A stretch of DNA of 29,279 nucleotides from Chthonomonadales bacterium (GTDB taxonomy: Bacteria; Armatimonadota; Chthonomonadetes; Chthonomonadales; CAJBBX01). The stretch is taken from contig JBBIPC010000016.1 in NCBI GenBank assembly GCA_037443035.1, positions 61,832 through 91,110 on the forward strand. Direction: 5' to 3'. This document shows positions 1-10,300 of the stretch, in pieces (position 1 is the stretch's first letter; the number at the start of each line of letters is the position of its first letter). Under the pieces are notes generated by a model. That model was given only the letters and a program-made list of their open reading frames with translations, ran no database searches and was not told where the DNA came from. The position numbers and the translations under genes are program-made.

Positions 1-2103
1 TGGATCGGCAACAGCTTCGGCGGTGGACCTAAGTGGGTGCAGAACTTCATCGAGGGTATCGCCGTGGCACCCGAGGGAACCGTCTACTGCGCAAGCACCT
101 GGGACGAGGCCGGTAGGGAATACGGAATCTACCGAGACGGCGACGTGGTGGGTATGTGCGCGGACACCCATGGTTGGGGTGAACTCGGCGGGTCAGCCGT
201 GGCCATCGGGAAGCGCCATGTCTTCATCGCTATGGTCCATGGCAACGAGGGTGGCCACCTGACCGGAGACGCGTATCCTGGCAAAGGTCTCGCCTGGTTC
301 TGTGTTTCGAGGCGTACCCTCGGTGGGGATCATGCTCCCTTTCCTGGGGGAAAAGGGCGTTTCCGCGACCAGCTCGTCGTGCACGAGGCTCCGGAAAACG
401 TGCCCGCGCATGTTCGCGGTCTGGCGGCGGACGGCCAAGGAAAGGTGTATGTGAGCGATCCCTTCGGTGGTTGTATCCGTGTGTTGGACGAGGAGACAAT
501 GCAGGAGACCGGCCGGATTGTGGCGCTGCATACCCGTCAACTGGCCGTGGATGGCCAGGGACGTCTCTGGGCACTGCACGCACCGGACGCTACCGCGCCC
601 GTAACAGAGCTCCTGAAGCCCTCACGAGAGGAAACGGACTGGCACCTCGTATGCTATCGCACCGATGGGTCGCCGAGTAGTACTCTGTGGTTCCCCAAAG
701 ACGTTGTGCCCACGGCGCTCGCGTTCGATCGTCTGGGGCGGCTGTATGTGGCAGACAATGGTCCTGCGCAGCAGATACGCATCTATGTGAACCCGCAGCG
801 ATCCGCGGCGGCAGTCGGTTCGCTCGGTGTCAGGGGAGGTGTCTATGCGCGGCCGGTACCTGGCACCACCGGTCCTCTGCGGTTTTGCGGTCCTACAGCG
901 GTGGGTTGCGACGCTGCCGGCAATCTCTATGTCGGGTGCAACACACCGGCTGGCGGCTCGGTGTTGAGGGCGTTCGCACCGTGGAAGGCTGGCTCCACGC
1001 CGAAGCTGCTGTGGGAACTGCTGGGGCTGGAGTTCGTGGACGGCGCCGATGTGGATCGAGGCGACGGAACCGATGGGCGTCATGTCTACACCACGGAAGG
1101 GCATTACGAAGTCGCCTGGGACAAGGCCGCCGGCAAGCAGTGGACGTGGCGTGGTTTCAGTCTCGATCCTTTCCGCTACCCCGCCGACCTTCGCCTGCAC
1201 GAAGGTCATCACGGTCTCTGCGGCGCCCTCATCCGACGGCTCCACGGCCATCGCTTCCTCGTAGTGCGCGGCATGTTCCAGCACTTCTTGGCAATCTACC
1301 GCTACGATGGCGAGATCGCCATCCCGTCGGTCGTATTCTCGCGGGGTCACTATCGCGATGGGCGCTGGGAACCCCCAGGTCAGCCTCGACAAGGTGCATG
1401 GATGTGGCGTGACGCCAACGGCGACGGAAGGATGACGGCCGACGAGTACTTCGACGTCTCCCCCGAGAACGAACCGGAGTTCTGGGCGTGGTGGATGGAC
1501 GAGAACGGCGGCGTATGGCGCGGCGATCAGTTGGGCGCCTCGCCCATCCGTTACTATCCGCTGCAAGGGCTGGATCGCCACGGGAACCCTCTCTACAGTA
1601 GAGCGGCCTCCCGCACGTTCTCCATGCCGTCACCTCTTGTCCATCTCCTGCGTATCGAGTATGACGCGCATACCGATACGCTTTTCGTCGCCGGTCATAC
1701 ATCCTCGCGCCCGAAGACCGGTGACGAGTGGGGCCAGGTCGGCAGCGAGTTCCTACGATACGACGGCTGGCTCAGGGGGTCACGGACCTTCCGTTACAGA
1801 GCGTCGCTGCCGTACGATCCGCGCAACAACGTCACGGTCAAGTCGCTTTGCGTGGCGGGTGATGCTGTCTTCGCCGTGGAGAGTCGGAGCGCACGGGTCC
1901 ATGTCTATGACCGAGAGTCCGGCCAGCATCTGGGCGTTCTGTCGCCTGGTCCGGAGATCTTCCACGAAAGCGGTTGGGTGGACTTCCCTGACGCAATCCG
2001 GGCGTTCCGACGCAAGGATGGGGAGTACCTGATCTTCGTGGAAGAGGACTGGAAGGGCAAGATCGTCGTGTACAGGTGGAAACCGCAAACGATCGCGAGG
2101 TGA
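1..2103 (+). CDS. Beta-propeller (NHL/SMP-30-like) repeat hypothetical protein, 5'-truncated by the window edge
   Basis: Frame 1 is open from base 1 (WIGNSFGGGPKWVQNF...), so the true start lies upstream. Repeated propeller-blade motifs (GLAADGQGKVYVSD, QLAVDGQGRLWAL, ALAFDRLGRLYVAD, AVGCDAAGNLYV). TGA stop at 2101-2103. Confidence 0.75.
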   Translation, partial: WIGNSFGGGPKWVQNFIEGIAVAPEGTVYCASTWDEAGREYGIYRDGDVVGMCADTHGWGELGGSAVAIGKRHVFIAMVHGNEGGHLTGDAYPGKGLAWFCVSRRTLGGDHAPFPGGKGRFRDQLVVHEAPENVPAHVRGLAADGQGKVYVSDPFGGCIRVLDEETMQETGRIVALHTRQLAVDGQGRLWALHAPDATAPVTELLKPSREETDWHLVCYRTDGSPSSTLWFPKDVVPTALAFDRLGRLYVADNGPAQQIRIYVNPQRSAAAVGSLGVRGGVYARPVPGTTGPLRFCGPTAVGCDAAGNLYVGCNTPAGGSVLRAFAPWKAGSTPKLLWELLGLEFVDGADVDRGDGTDGRHVYTTEGHYEVAWDKAAGKQWTWRGFSLDPFRYPADLRLHEGHHGLCGALIRRLHGHRFLVVRGMFQHFLAIYRYDGEIAIPSVVFSRGHYRDGRWEPPGQPRQGAWMWRDANGDGRMTADEYFDVSPENEPEFWAWWMDENGGVWRGDQLGASPIRYYPLQGLDRHGNPLYSRAASRTFSMPSPLVHLLRIEYDAHTDTLFVAGHTSSRPKTGDEWGQVGSEFLRYDGWLRGSRTFRYRASLPYDPRNNVTVKSLCVAGDAVFAVESRSARVHVYDRESGQHLGVLSPGPEIFHESGWVDFPDAIRAFRRKDGEYLIFVEEDWKGKIVVYRWKPQTIAR

Positions 2104-2109
2104 AAGGAC

Positions 2110-2643
2110 ATGCCGGATCGCTCTGGAGACGCCGAACGCCTCTTGGCATTCTTCCGGGGGACGGGTACCGATGACGCTGGTAGGTACATCTCGGAGATCC
2201 TCTCCTGGGAAGATAGCGCCCTGGAGTACCACCATGACTACATCCAGTGGCTCTTCCCTCTATGGCTACCGAGCAGCGTTCATCCCGAGGCGCCCATCCT
2301 AACCGACGATGTCGTGGAAGAGTTTCGTGGCGATGAGGCCCTGCGCGCCACATTGTCCAGGGCCCTCGAACGCATGCTTGGGTTCTACGGTCTCCAACGG
2401 CGACGGATGCCAGATGGAACGGTCATCATTGAACCGGGAGCACGCTTCGCGGAGCGGCAGAGGAACTGGTTGCGTCCCTACAACCACAACCACTTGAGGC
2501 TGACTCGCATCCTGCAATGCCTTGCCACGCTGGGATTGGAGGATGATGCACGGGCCCTGCAGCAATGCCTTCTCGACATAGCCGAGAGCCATCCGGGATC
2601 CATCACCCAGGAGACCATAGCCTTCTGGAGATGGGCAGTCTGA
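2110..2643 (+). CDS. Opioid growth factor receptor (OGFr_N) conserved-domain protein
   Basis: Motifs LEYHHDYIQWLFP, RMLGFYG and NHNHLRLTRILQCL are typical of bacterial OGFr_N proteins. AAAGGA RBS at 2103-2108. Confidence 0.85.
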   Translation: MPDRSGDAERLLAFFRGTGTDDAGRYISEILSWEDSALEYHHDYIQWLFPLWLPSSVHPEAPILTDDVVEEFRGDEALRATLSRALERMLGFYGLQRRRMPDGTVIIEPGARFAERQRNWLRPYNHNHLRLTRILQCLATLGLEDDARALQQCLLDIAESHPGSITQETIAFWRWAV

Positions 2644-2765
2644 GTCTCGCAGCGTGACTCGTCCTGAACCTAAGCCCTGGGAATGAGCTGAGCGAAGGAC
2701 GGCTGTAATGCCGGTAGCCCAGTAAGGAATCACGAGGCGTAAGACAACAGTCTCGCGTCAGGCAC

Positions 2766-2795
2766 TTGACACTGGCGCATCGGATGTGATATGCT
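2766..2795 (+). promoter_or_regulatory. Sigma70-type promoter for rpoBC
   Basis: Consensus TTGACA at 2766-2771, 18-nt spacer, extended -10 TGaTATGCT at 2787-2795. AGGAGG RBS at 2816-2821 precedes the GTG at 2832. Confidence 0.75.
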
Positions 2796-2831
2796 AACTA
2801 TTCGTGCGTTGGCTCAGGAGGTCCGAATATA

Positions 2832-5800
2832 GTGCGCGAAGTTCAACACGCCTCGAAACGAATCCCTCACGCGACAAGCATACCCAATCTTATCGAATTA
2901 CAGCTCGACTCGTACCGATGGTTCTTGGAGGACGGTCTACCTGAGCTCTTCAAGAGCTTCTCGCCTATCACTGACTTCACAGGCAACACATCGCTCACAC
3001 TCCACAGCTTTACGCTGGGCCAGCCGAAGTATACCATCGCGGAATGCCGCGAGCGGGACATGACGTTCGAGTCGCCCATCAAGGTCCGGGTCAGCATCCG
3101 CCAGCCCAATCGAGAGGTCGTGGAATCCCACGTCTACATCGGCGAGCTGCCTCTCATGACGGACAAGGGAACGTTCATCATCAACGGCGCCGAGAGGGTC
3201 GTGGTCAGCCAGCTCGCACGCTCGCCAGGCGTCTACTTCGAGGAGCACCTAAGCCTTACGGGGCGGATGCTCTACAAAGCGCGCATTATCCCTAGCGAAG
3301 GGGCCTGGATCGAAATCGAGACCGATCAGGCTCACGAGGACGTCATCACCGTTCAGATTGGCCAGCAGCGGAAGTTCCCATACACAACCTTCCTGAAAGC
3401 ACTGAACGCCTTCGACCAGGCGCGCGATCCTCTCCGGATCACCGTGCGCGCCGCTCGAGAGCACCTGTGGCTGTACCGGTCGGTGACCGAAGACGAAGGC
3501 CATGCGTGCGTGAAGGACCGCATCCTGCCTATGGCGTTGGCACAGGCTGTGGTCAACAAGCATACGGGCGAGATCGTCGCGGACCAAGGCGCACGCATCG
3601 TACTCACGAGGCAGGAAGCTGAGGCCCTGAACGAGAGCGATGCACTGCCCGATGGCGGTCCGGCCTGGGTATCGCTGGAAGAACTGCAGGCTCAGGTAGG
3701 TCCCGAGCACGTGCTCAACCTCGTTTCTCCTTGCGCCACTACGGCGGAAATCGTCCAGCTCTTCGGACGGCGGCAGGTCCTGCGCCACCCCGACACGCTG
3801 TCCCAGGAAGAGCAGGAAAAGCTAGGCGATGAGGGTCTCCTCACACCGATCAACCTGCTTGGTAAATGGGCTGCGAAGCCGGTCCTCGATCCAGAAACAG
3901 GCGCGGTCCTGGTCAGCCGCATGCACAGGTTCGACAAGACGGCGGTCAGCGCAGTGTTCCGGCACAACGTAACGTGCGTCGAGGTCTACGACGTGCATCG
4001 GTACATTGAGAGGACGCTGGAGTTCGAGGGGGAAAACATCGTGGGGCCTGACGAAGCTCTGGAGGATATTTACCGGAAGCTTCGACCGGGTGACCCGGTT
4101 ACGCCCGAGTCCGCTCGCAACCTGTTCCAGAGCAACCTGTATGACCCGCGACGGTATGACCTCGGGCGCGTCGGACGCTACAAGTTCGCCAAGAAGCTCG
4201 AGCTTCCTATGCGAGGCGACCGTCCACCCATTGACAGCCGCATGATCACGCGCGAAGACGCCGTTCAGATCTTGCGGTACTTCCTGAATCTCGACCAGGG
4301 ACATGGAAGCACCGACGACATAGACCACCTGGAGAACAAGCGGATTCGGTCCGTGGGGGAGCTGCTCTATAGTCAGTTGCGGCTCGGATTCCTGCGCATG
4401 GAGAAGGTGGCCAAGGAGCGTATGACGGCCCTGGGGCCCGATGAGAGCGCGAAACCCGAGAACGTCCTCTCTACCAAACCAGTCTCTGCCGCCATCAAGA
4501 GTTTCTTCGGTTCCAGTCAGCTCAGCCAGTTCATGGACCAGACGAATCCGCTAGCGGAGTTGACTTCCAAGCGGCGTCTTTCAGCCCTCGGGCCAGGGGG
4601 GCTGTCTCGCCAGAGCGCCAAGCTGGAAGTGCGCGACGTCCACCACTCGCATTACGGTCGCATCTGTCCCATCGAGACGCCTGAAGGACCGAACATCGGA
4701 CTCATCGGCTCCATGGCGGTGCACGCGCGCGTGGATAAGTACGGGTTCCTCCAGACCCCCTACCGCAAGGTTCGGAAGGGCATCGTTACAGACGAGATTG
4801 TCTGGATGACGGCTGATGAGGATCACAAGTACCATATCGCGCCTGGCAACGAGCGGATCAATGCCGAGGGCCGCTTCGTGGATGAGTATGGCAACCCGAA
4901 GACGGAGATACAGGTCCGCTACGAGGACGAGTACCCGCTAGTGAAGCCGGAACAGGTCCAGTACATGGATGTGTCGCCCATGCAGATCGTCTCCGTAGCG
5001 ACCGCCATGATCCCGTTCCTGGAAAACGATGATGCCAACCGGGCGCTCATGGGCTCCAACATGCAGCGACAGGCGGTGCCTACTCTGCGACCTCAGCGAC
5101 CGCTGGTGAAGACTGGTGTGGAAAAGCGTGCGGCTCTCGATTCGGGCGCGGCCGTCGTGGCTCGCCGACCCGGCACCGTCAAGAAGGTCACCGCCAGGGA
5201 GATCGTTGTAGAGACGCGGGATGGCACGACGGATGTCTACCCATTGCTCAACATGTTGCGGTCCAATCAGTCCACCTGCATCACGCAGCGCCCAATCGTG
5301 AACCAGGGCCAGCGGGTGCGCGAAGGTCAGGTCATTGCGGATGGCCCTTGCACGGATCATGGTGAACTGGCCCTTGGCCAGAACATCCTGGTTGCGTTCA
5401 TGCCTTGGGGTGGCTACAACTACGAGGACGCGATCCTCATCTCCGAGCGGCTCGTGAAAGACGACGTCTTCACTTCCATACACATCGAGAAGTACGAGAA
5501 GGAAGCACGAGATACCAAGCTCGGACCCGAAGAGATCACGCGAGACATCCCCAACGTCGGCGAGGATGCCCTCAAAGACCTGGATGAGAACGGCATCATC
5601 CGTATCGGTGCCGAGGTAGGACCTGAGGACATCCTGGTCGGCGAAGTGGCTCCCAAGGGCCAGAGTGAGCTTACCGCTGAAGAGAGGCTCATCATCGCCA
5701 TCTTCGGCAAGAAAGCGGAGGAGACCCGCGATGTCTCCCTTCGAGTGCCCCACGGCGAGAAGGGCAAGGTTGTGGACGTCAAGGTCTTCAGCCGATTCAA

Positions 5801-7193
5801 GTACCAGTGCGATAAGTGCTCCAAGTGGTACGACTTCAGCAAGCGGCCAGACCGTACCACATGCACCGCGCCGGGTTGCGACGGCGTGCTCGTGAAGAAG
5901 ACCGCTGACGAGCTCAGTCCTGGTGTCAACGAACTTGTCCGTGTCTATGTCGCCCAGAAGCGGAGGATCATGGAGGGCGACAAGATGGCAGGACGCCACG
6001 GCAACAAGGGCGTTATCTCCAAGATCTTGCCGGAAGAAGACATGCCGTTCCTGCCAGACGGTACGCCTGTGGATGTAGTCCTCAACCCCTTGGGTGTGCC
6101 CTCGCGCATGAACATTGGTCAGATCCTGGAGACGCACCTCGGCATGGCCGGCGTCCATCTCGGGTGCTCATTCGTGAATCCCGCTTTCGAGGGTGCGACC
6201 GAGAGCGACATTCGGGCGGAGCTGGAGTTCACTGCCTCCTACCTGCGTCGGCAGAAACTCCAGGACTACATCACGAGTGAGCTGAAGCTGTCCCTCGAAC
6301 TGCCGGAAGATCCGGATTACTTCGAGCTGCGCGAGCAGTATGAGTCGCTGACGCCCAAGATGCGCCTTCAGGAGATCAGTCGCACGCTGGAGGCTGTCAG
6401 CGAAGAACGTCTCCGCCTCATCGAACAGTACTTGAGGACCCTGGATGCGCTGGAGCTGGAGCGCATCTCCAGGACCCTGGGCGGTCCACCCGTCGGCATT
6501 GAGTTCGAGGGCATAGCGAATCTCGATGAAGTGGAAGCGGACGAGACACTCCAAGCGGAGCTGCGGGGGACGCCGGTTCCCATGGATTACGATTACGGAG
6601 CGCTTGTCGAGCGAATCCGCGCGAACGCGTGGGATCGCGCCGGACTGGACCCTAAGACCGGCAAGTGCCGGTTGAGGGATGGCATGACCGGAACATTCTT
6701 CGACATGCCCGTAACCATTGGGTACATCTACATGATGAAGCTGGCGCACCTCGTGGACGACAAGATTCACGCTCGGTCTACCGGCCCCTATTCGCTCGTG
6801 ACACAGCAACCCCTGGGTGGCAAAGCCCAATTCGGCGGCCAGCGGTTCGGTGAGATGGAGGTCTGGGCTCTGGAAGCATATGGGGCCGCCTACACGCTGC
6901 AGGAGATCCTGACCATCAAGTCCGACGACGTCCAGGGGCGCACGAAGACCTACGAGTCCATCGTGCGTGGCGAAACGACCCTGGAGCCAGGGGTGCCCGA
7001 GTCCTTCAAGATACTCATCAATGAACTGCAATCCCTGTGTCTGCGGGTGGAGGTCCTGGACGAGCAGAGTAAGCTCATTGACCTGCAAGACAGGGACGAC
7101 GACGTGAACCCCAACGAAGACCCTGTGAACGCGGCCGCGCGGAGGCGTGCCCGACAGGGAATCGGTGCCAGCGAGATCACGCTGGAGGAGTAG
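2832..7193 (+). CDS. rpoB: DNA-directed RNA polymerase subunit beta
   Basis: Hallmark motifs [52 protein letters not shown] and [20 protein letters not shown] start with RBS. Confidence 0.99.
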   Translation: MREVQHASKRIPHATSIPNLIELQLDSYRWFLEDGLPELFKSFSPITDFTGNTSLTLHSFTLGQPKYTIAECRERDMTFESPIKVRVSIRQPNREVVESHVYIGELPLMTDKGTFIINGAERVVVSQLARSPGVYFEEHLSLTGRMLYKARIIPSEGAWIEIETDQAHEDVITVQIGQQRKFPYTTFLKALNAFDQARDPLRITVRAAREHLWLYRSVTEDEGHACVKDRILPMALAQAVVNKHTGEIVADQGARIVLTRQEAEALNESDALPDGGPAWVSLEELQAQVGPEHVLNLVSPCATTAEIVQLFGRRQVLRHPDTLSQEEQEKLGDEGLLTPINLLGKWAAKPVLDPETGAVLVSRMHRFDKTAVSAVFRHNVTCVEVYDVHRYIERTLEFEGENIVGPDEALEDIYRKLRPGDPVTPESARNLFQSNLYDPRRYDLGRVGRYKFAKKLELPMRGDRPPIDSRMITREDAVQILRYFLNLDQGHGSTDDIDHLENKRIRSVGELLYSQLRLGFLRMEKVAKERMTALGPDESAKPENVLSTKPVSAAIKSFFGSSQLSQFMDQTNPLAELTSKRRLSALGPGGLSRQSAKLEVRDVHHSHYGRICPIETPEGPNIGLIGSMAVHARVDKYGFLQTPYRKVRKGIVTDEIVWMTADEDHKYHIAPGNERINAEGRFVDEYGNPKTEIQVRYEDEYPLVKPEQVQYMDVSPMQIVSVATAMIPFLENDDANRALMGSNMQRQAVPTLRPQRPLVKTGVEKRAALDSGAAVVARRPGTVKKVTAREIVVETRDGTTDVYPLLNMLRSNQSTCITQRPIVNQGQRVREGQVIADGPCTDHGELALGQNILVAFMPWGGYNYEDAILISERLVKDDVFTSIHIEKYEKEARDTKLGPEEITRDIPNVGEDALKDLDENGIIRIGAEVGPEDILVGEVAPKGQSELTAEERLIIAIFGKKAEETRDVSLRVPHGEKGKVVDVKVFSRFKYQCDKCSKWYDFSKRPDRTTCTAPGCDGVLVKKTADELSPGVNELVRVYVAQKRRIMEGDKMAGRHGNKGVISKILPEEDMPFLPDGTPVDVVLNPLGVPSRMNIGQILETHLGMAGVHLGCSFVNPAFEGATESDIRAELEFTASYLRRQKLQDYITSELKLSLELPEDPDYFELREQYESLTPKMRLQEISRTLEAVSEERLRLIEQYLRTLDALELERISRTLGGPPVGIEFEGIANLDEVEADETLQAELRGTPVPMDYDYGALVERIRANAWDRAGLDPKTGKCRLRDGMTGTFFDMPVTIGYIYMMKLAHLVDDKIHARSTGPYSLVTQQPLGGKAQFGGQRFGEMEVWALEAYGAAYTLQEILTIKSDDVQGRTKTYESIVRGETTLEPGVPESFKILINELQSLCLRVEVLDEQSKLIDLQDRDDDVNPNEDPVNAAARRRARQGIGASEITLEE

Positions 7194-7325
7194 ACTGCCA
7201 GGCGTCCGTACGTCGCGGCGATTCTGCGATCTAGCACGCCTGTATCGGACGCCTTTCGATCGCAGGAGCGTACCGGCAGGTCGCTGCTGCGGAATACCGT
7301 CGGACAGACGACGGGAGGGAGCCAA

Positions 7326-10300
7326 GTGACGGATTCCAGGAATTTCGCGAAAATCCGCATCGGAATAGCCTCGCCGGAACAGATCCGCGCGTGGTCGCAC
7401 GGCGAGGTCAAGAAACCAGAGACGATCAACTACCGCACGTTCAAGCCGGAACGGGATGGCTTGTTCTGCGAGCGTATCTTCGGCCCGGTCAAGGATTGGG
7501 AGTGCCACTGCGGGCGTTACCGAAAGCAGAAGTACCGGGGTGTCGTCTGCGAGCGCTGCGGTGTCGAGGTCACGAAGAACAAGGTTCGCCGCGAACGGAT
7601 GGGCCATATAGAGCTGGCCTCGCCTGTGTGCCACATCTGGTACCTGAAGAGTCAGCCCAGCCCCCTCGCACTCATCTTGGACATCGCACCGCGGAACATC
7701 GAGAAGGTCCTTTACTTCAGTAGCTACATCGTCACCAGTGTGGATCGCCCCAAGATCGACGAGTTCCTCGAGCCCATGGCCGAAGCGCTCGAGGAAGAAA
7801 TCGAGCGAATCCAGAAACAGCTCGAGAACGACCTCGCGACCATGGATGCCGACTTCGCTGCGGAGGTCCAGGCGCATTCTGCAGACGCTGTGGAGCAGTA
7901 CAAGCGCGAGCATGCGGAGGACACTGAGGCTGGCGAAGAGGAACCGCTCTCGTCCGTCTTCTCGGCGGACTTGGGCGAAGATGACGCTGCCATCCCACCT
8001 GCGCGACCGGAAGTCCCGGAGGTCTGGGATCAGGCGACGATTCAGAGGAAGGCCAAGGATCTCGAGCAGCGGCGTCAGTTGGAGCGGAAGGATGCTGAAG
8101 AACGTATTGAGGAGCTCCGGCAGGCCTTGGCGCTCCTGCGGACCATCGAGAAGAAGCAGCTCATCACCGAGGACGAATACCGCGCCATCGAACGCCTTCT
8201 CATGGCCATGCAGAGCCATCTGGACGAGAGCTTGACCGAAGTCGTACAGGCGGGGATGGGAGGCGCTGCCATAAAGACGCTCCTCGAAGAAATCGAACTC
8301 GAGGAGCTGGCTCGCGAGCTTCGCAACGAAGTCGCTAACACGACGGGTGCCAAGCGGACGCGGGCGATCAAGCGCCTCGAAGTCGTCGAGGCATTCATCG
8401 CGAGCAAAGCACATCCCTCGTGGATGATCCTCGAGTGCATCCCTGTCATCTCCCCGGAACTACGCCCCATGGTGCAGTTGGACGGCGGACGGTTCGCAAC
8501 CTCGGACCTCAATGACCTCTACCGTCGCATCATCAACCGCAACAACCGCCTGCGCAAGATCCAGGAAATAAGGGCGCCAGAGAGCATTGTCAACCACGAG
8601 AAGCGACTACTTCAGGAAGCTGTGGATGCGCTCATTGACAATGGCCGACGCAATCGCCCGGTGGTGGGATCGACGAGCCGCCCCCTGAAGTCCCTCTCCG
8701 ATATGCTCAAGGGTAAGGAAGGACGGTTCCGCAAGAACCTCCTGGGCAAGAGGGTGGACTACTCCGGGCGGTCGGTCATTGTCGTCGGTCCTCATCTCCA
8801 ACTCCATCAGTGCGGCTTGCCCAAAGAGATGGCCCTGGAGCTATTCAAGCCTTTCGTCATGAAGACGCTCGTGGAGCGAGGGTACACACAGAACATCAAG
8901 ACGGCCAAGCGCATGATCGATAAGATGAGGCCCGAAGTCTGGGATGCCTTGGAGGAGGTGATCCGCGAGCATCCAGTCCTCCTGAACCGTGCGCCGACGC
9001 TCCACCGGCTTGGGATTCAAGCGTTCGAGCCAGTGCTCGTGGATGGCAAGGCGATCCAGATTCACCCGCTCGTCTGCCATGCCTACAACGCGGACTTCGA
9101 TGGCGACCAGATGGCGGTCCACGTGCCGCTGTCGGCCTATGCTCAGGCGGAAGCTCGGGTGCTCATGCTCTCGACCCACAACCTGTTCTCGCCTGCCAAT
9201 GGTCATCCTATCGTGGCACCGATCCAAGACATCGTTCTCGGTTCCTACTACTTGACGATGATCCCCGAAGGAGCCGAGCCTACGAAACCGCCCTTCGGAA
9301 GTCCCGATGAGGCGATCCTTGCGTTCGACAGCGGACTACTGGACATCCACGAACCCATCGTCGTACGGATCGAGCGTGACGGTCAGAAGATCCTCGCCGG
9401 GAAAGAACCAGGCCAACGCACGACCGTGGGGCGCCTCTTGTTCAACCAGATACTGCCAGAGAAGCTGCGGTATGCCGACGAGTACCTCTACAAGACCATC
9501 AAGAAGAAAGACGTCTCCGACGTCGTGGCGGAAGTCCACCGTCTGCACGGCGTCGAGACCGCACTCCGCTTCCTGGATGATCTGAAGACGCTGGGGTTCA
9601 AATACGCAACCCAGTCGGGCACGACCATTGCCATGACGGATATGGACATCCCGGCTGCCCGTGACGAGATCCTGCGGAAAACGGAAGCTGCTGTGGCCAA
9701 CCTGAACCAGCAGTATCGACGCGGCGCTATGACCCAAGGCGAGCGCAAGGAGAAGGTCCTCAACCTCTGGACGCAAGCCAGCAAGGACGTAAGCGATGCC
9801 ATCATGGCGGGGATTGGTCAGTTCAATCCCATCATGATCATTACTGACTCCGGAGCTCGAGGCTCGTCCAAGCAGATCGCCCAGCTATCGGGCATGCGTG
9901 GGCTCATGGCGGATCCTTTCGGCAACCTCATCGAAGACCTGCCCATCAAGTCGAACTTCCATGAAGGTCTCAGCGTTCTGGAGTACTTCGTCTCGACCCA
10001 CGGCGCCCGCAAAGGGTTGGCAGATACAGCCCTTCGCACGGCAGATGCAGGCTACCTTACCCGCCGGCTCGTGGACGTGGCGCAGGACGTCATTATCCGT
10101 GCCGAAGACTGCAACACAACACAGGGCATCGAGGTGGGGGAGATCTATGTCGAAGGGAACCTCCTCGAGTCCCTCAAAGATCGTATCGCTGGTCGGTACC
10201 CCACGGAAGACATCACCAACCCGCTAACTGGCAGAGTGGTCGTGGAGGCCGACCAAGAGATCAGCGACGAGGCCGCAGAAGAGCTGGACCAGGTTCGGGT

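Noticed and set aside
2660..2745. Twister/pistol ribozyme, 6S RNA or SRP RNA in the pre-rpoB spacer (CCTAAGCCC resembles ribozyme cores)
   Set aside because: The required flanking conserved nucleotides and pairings could not be assembled. The spacer is too short for 6S and lacks the SRP GGAA-loop motif.
6168..8414. 748-aa minus-strand ORF (and other long antisense ORFs over rpoB/rpoC, e.g. 4938-6158 and 10224-11330)
   Set aside because: Antisense shadows of GC3-rich genes; no recognisable motifs.
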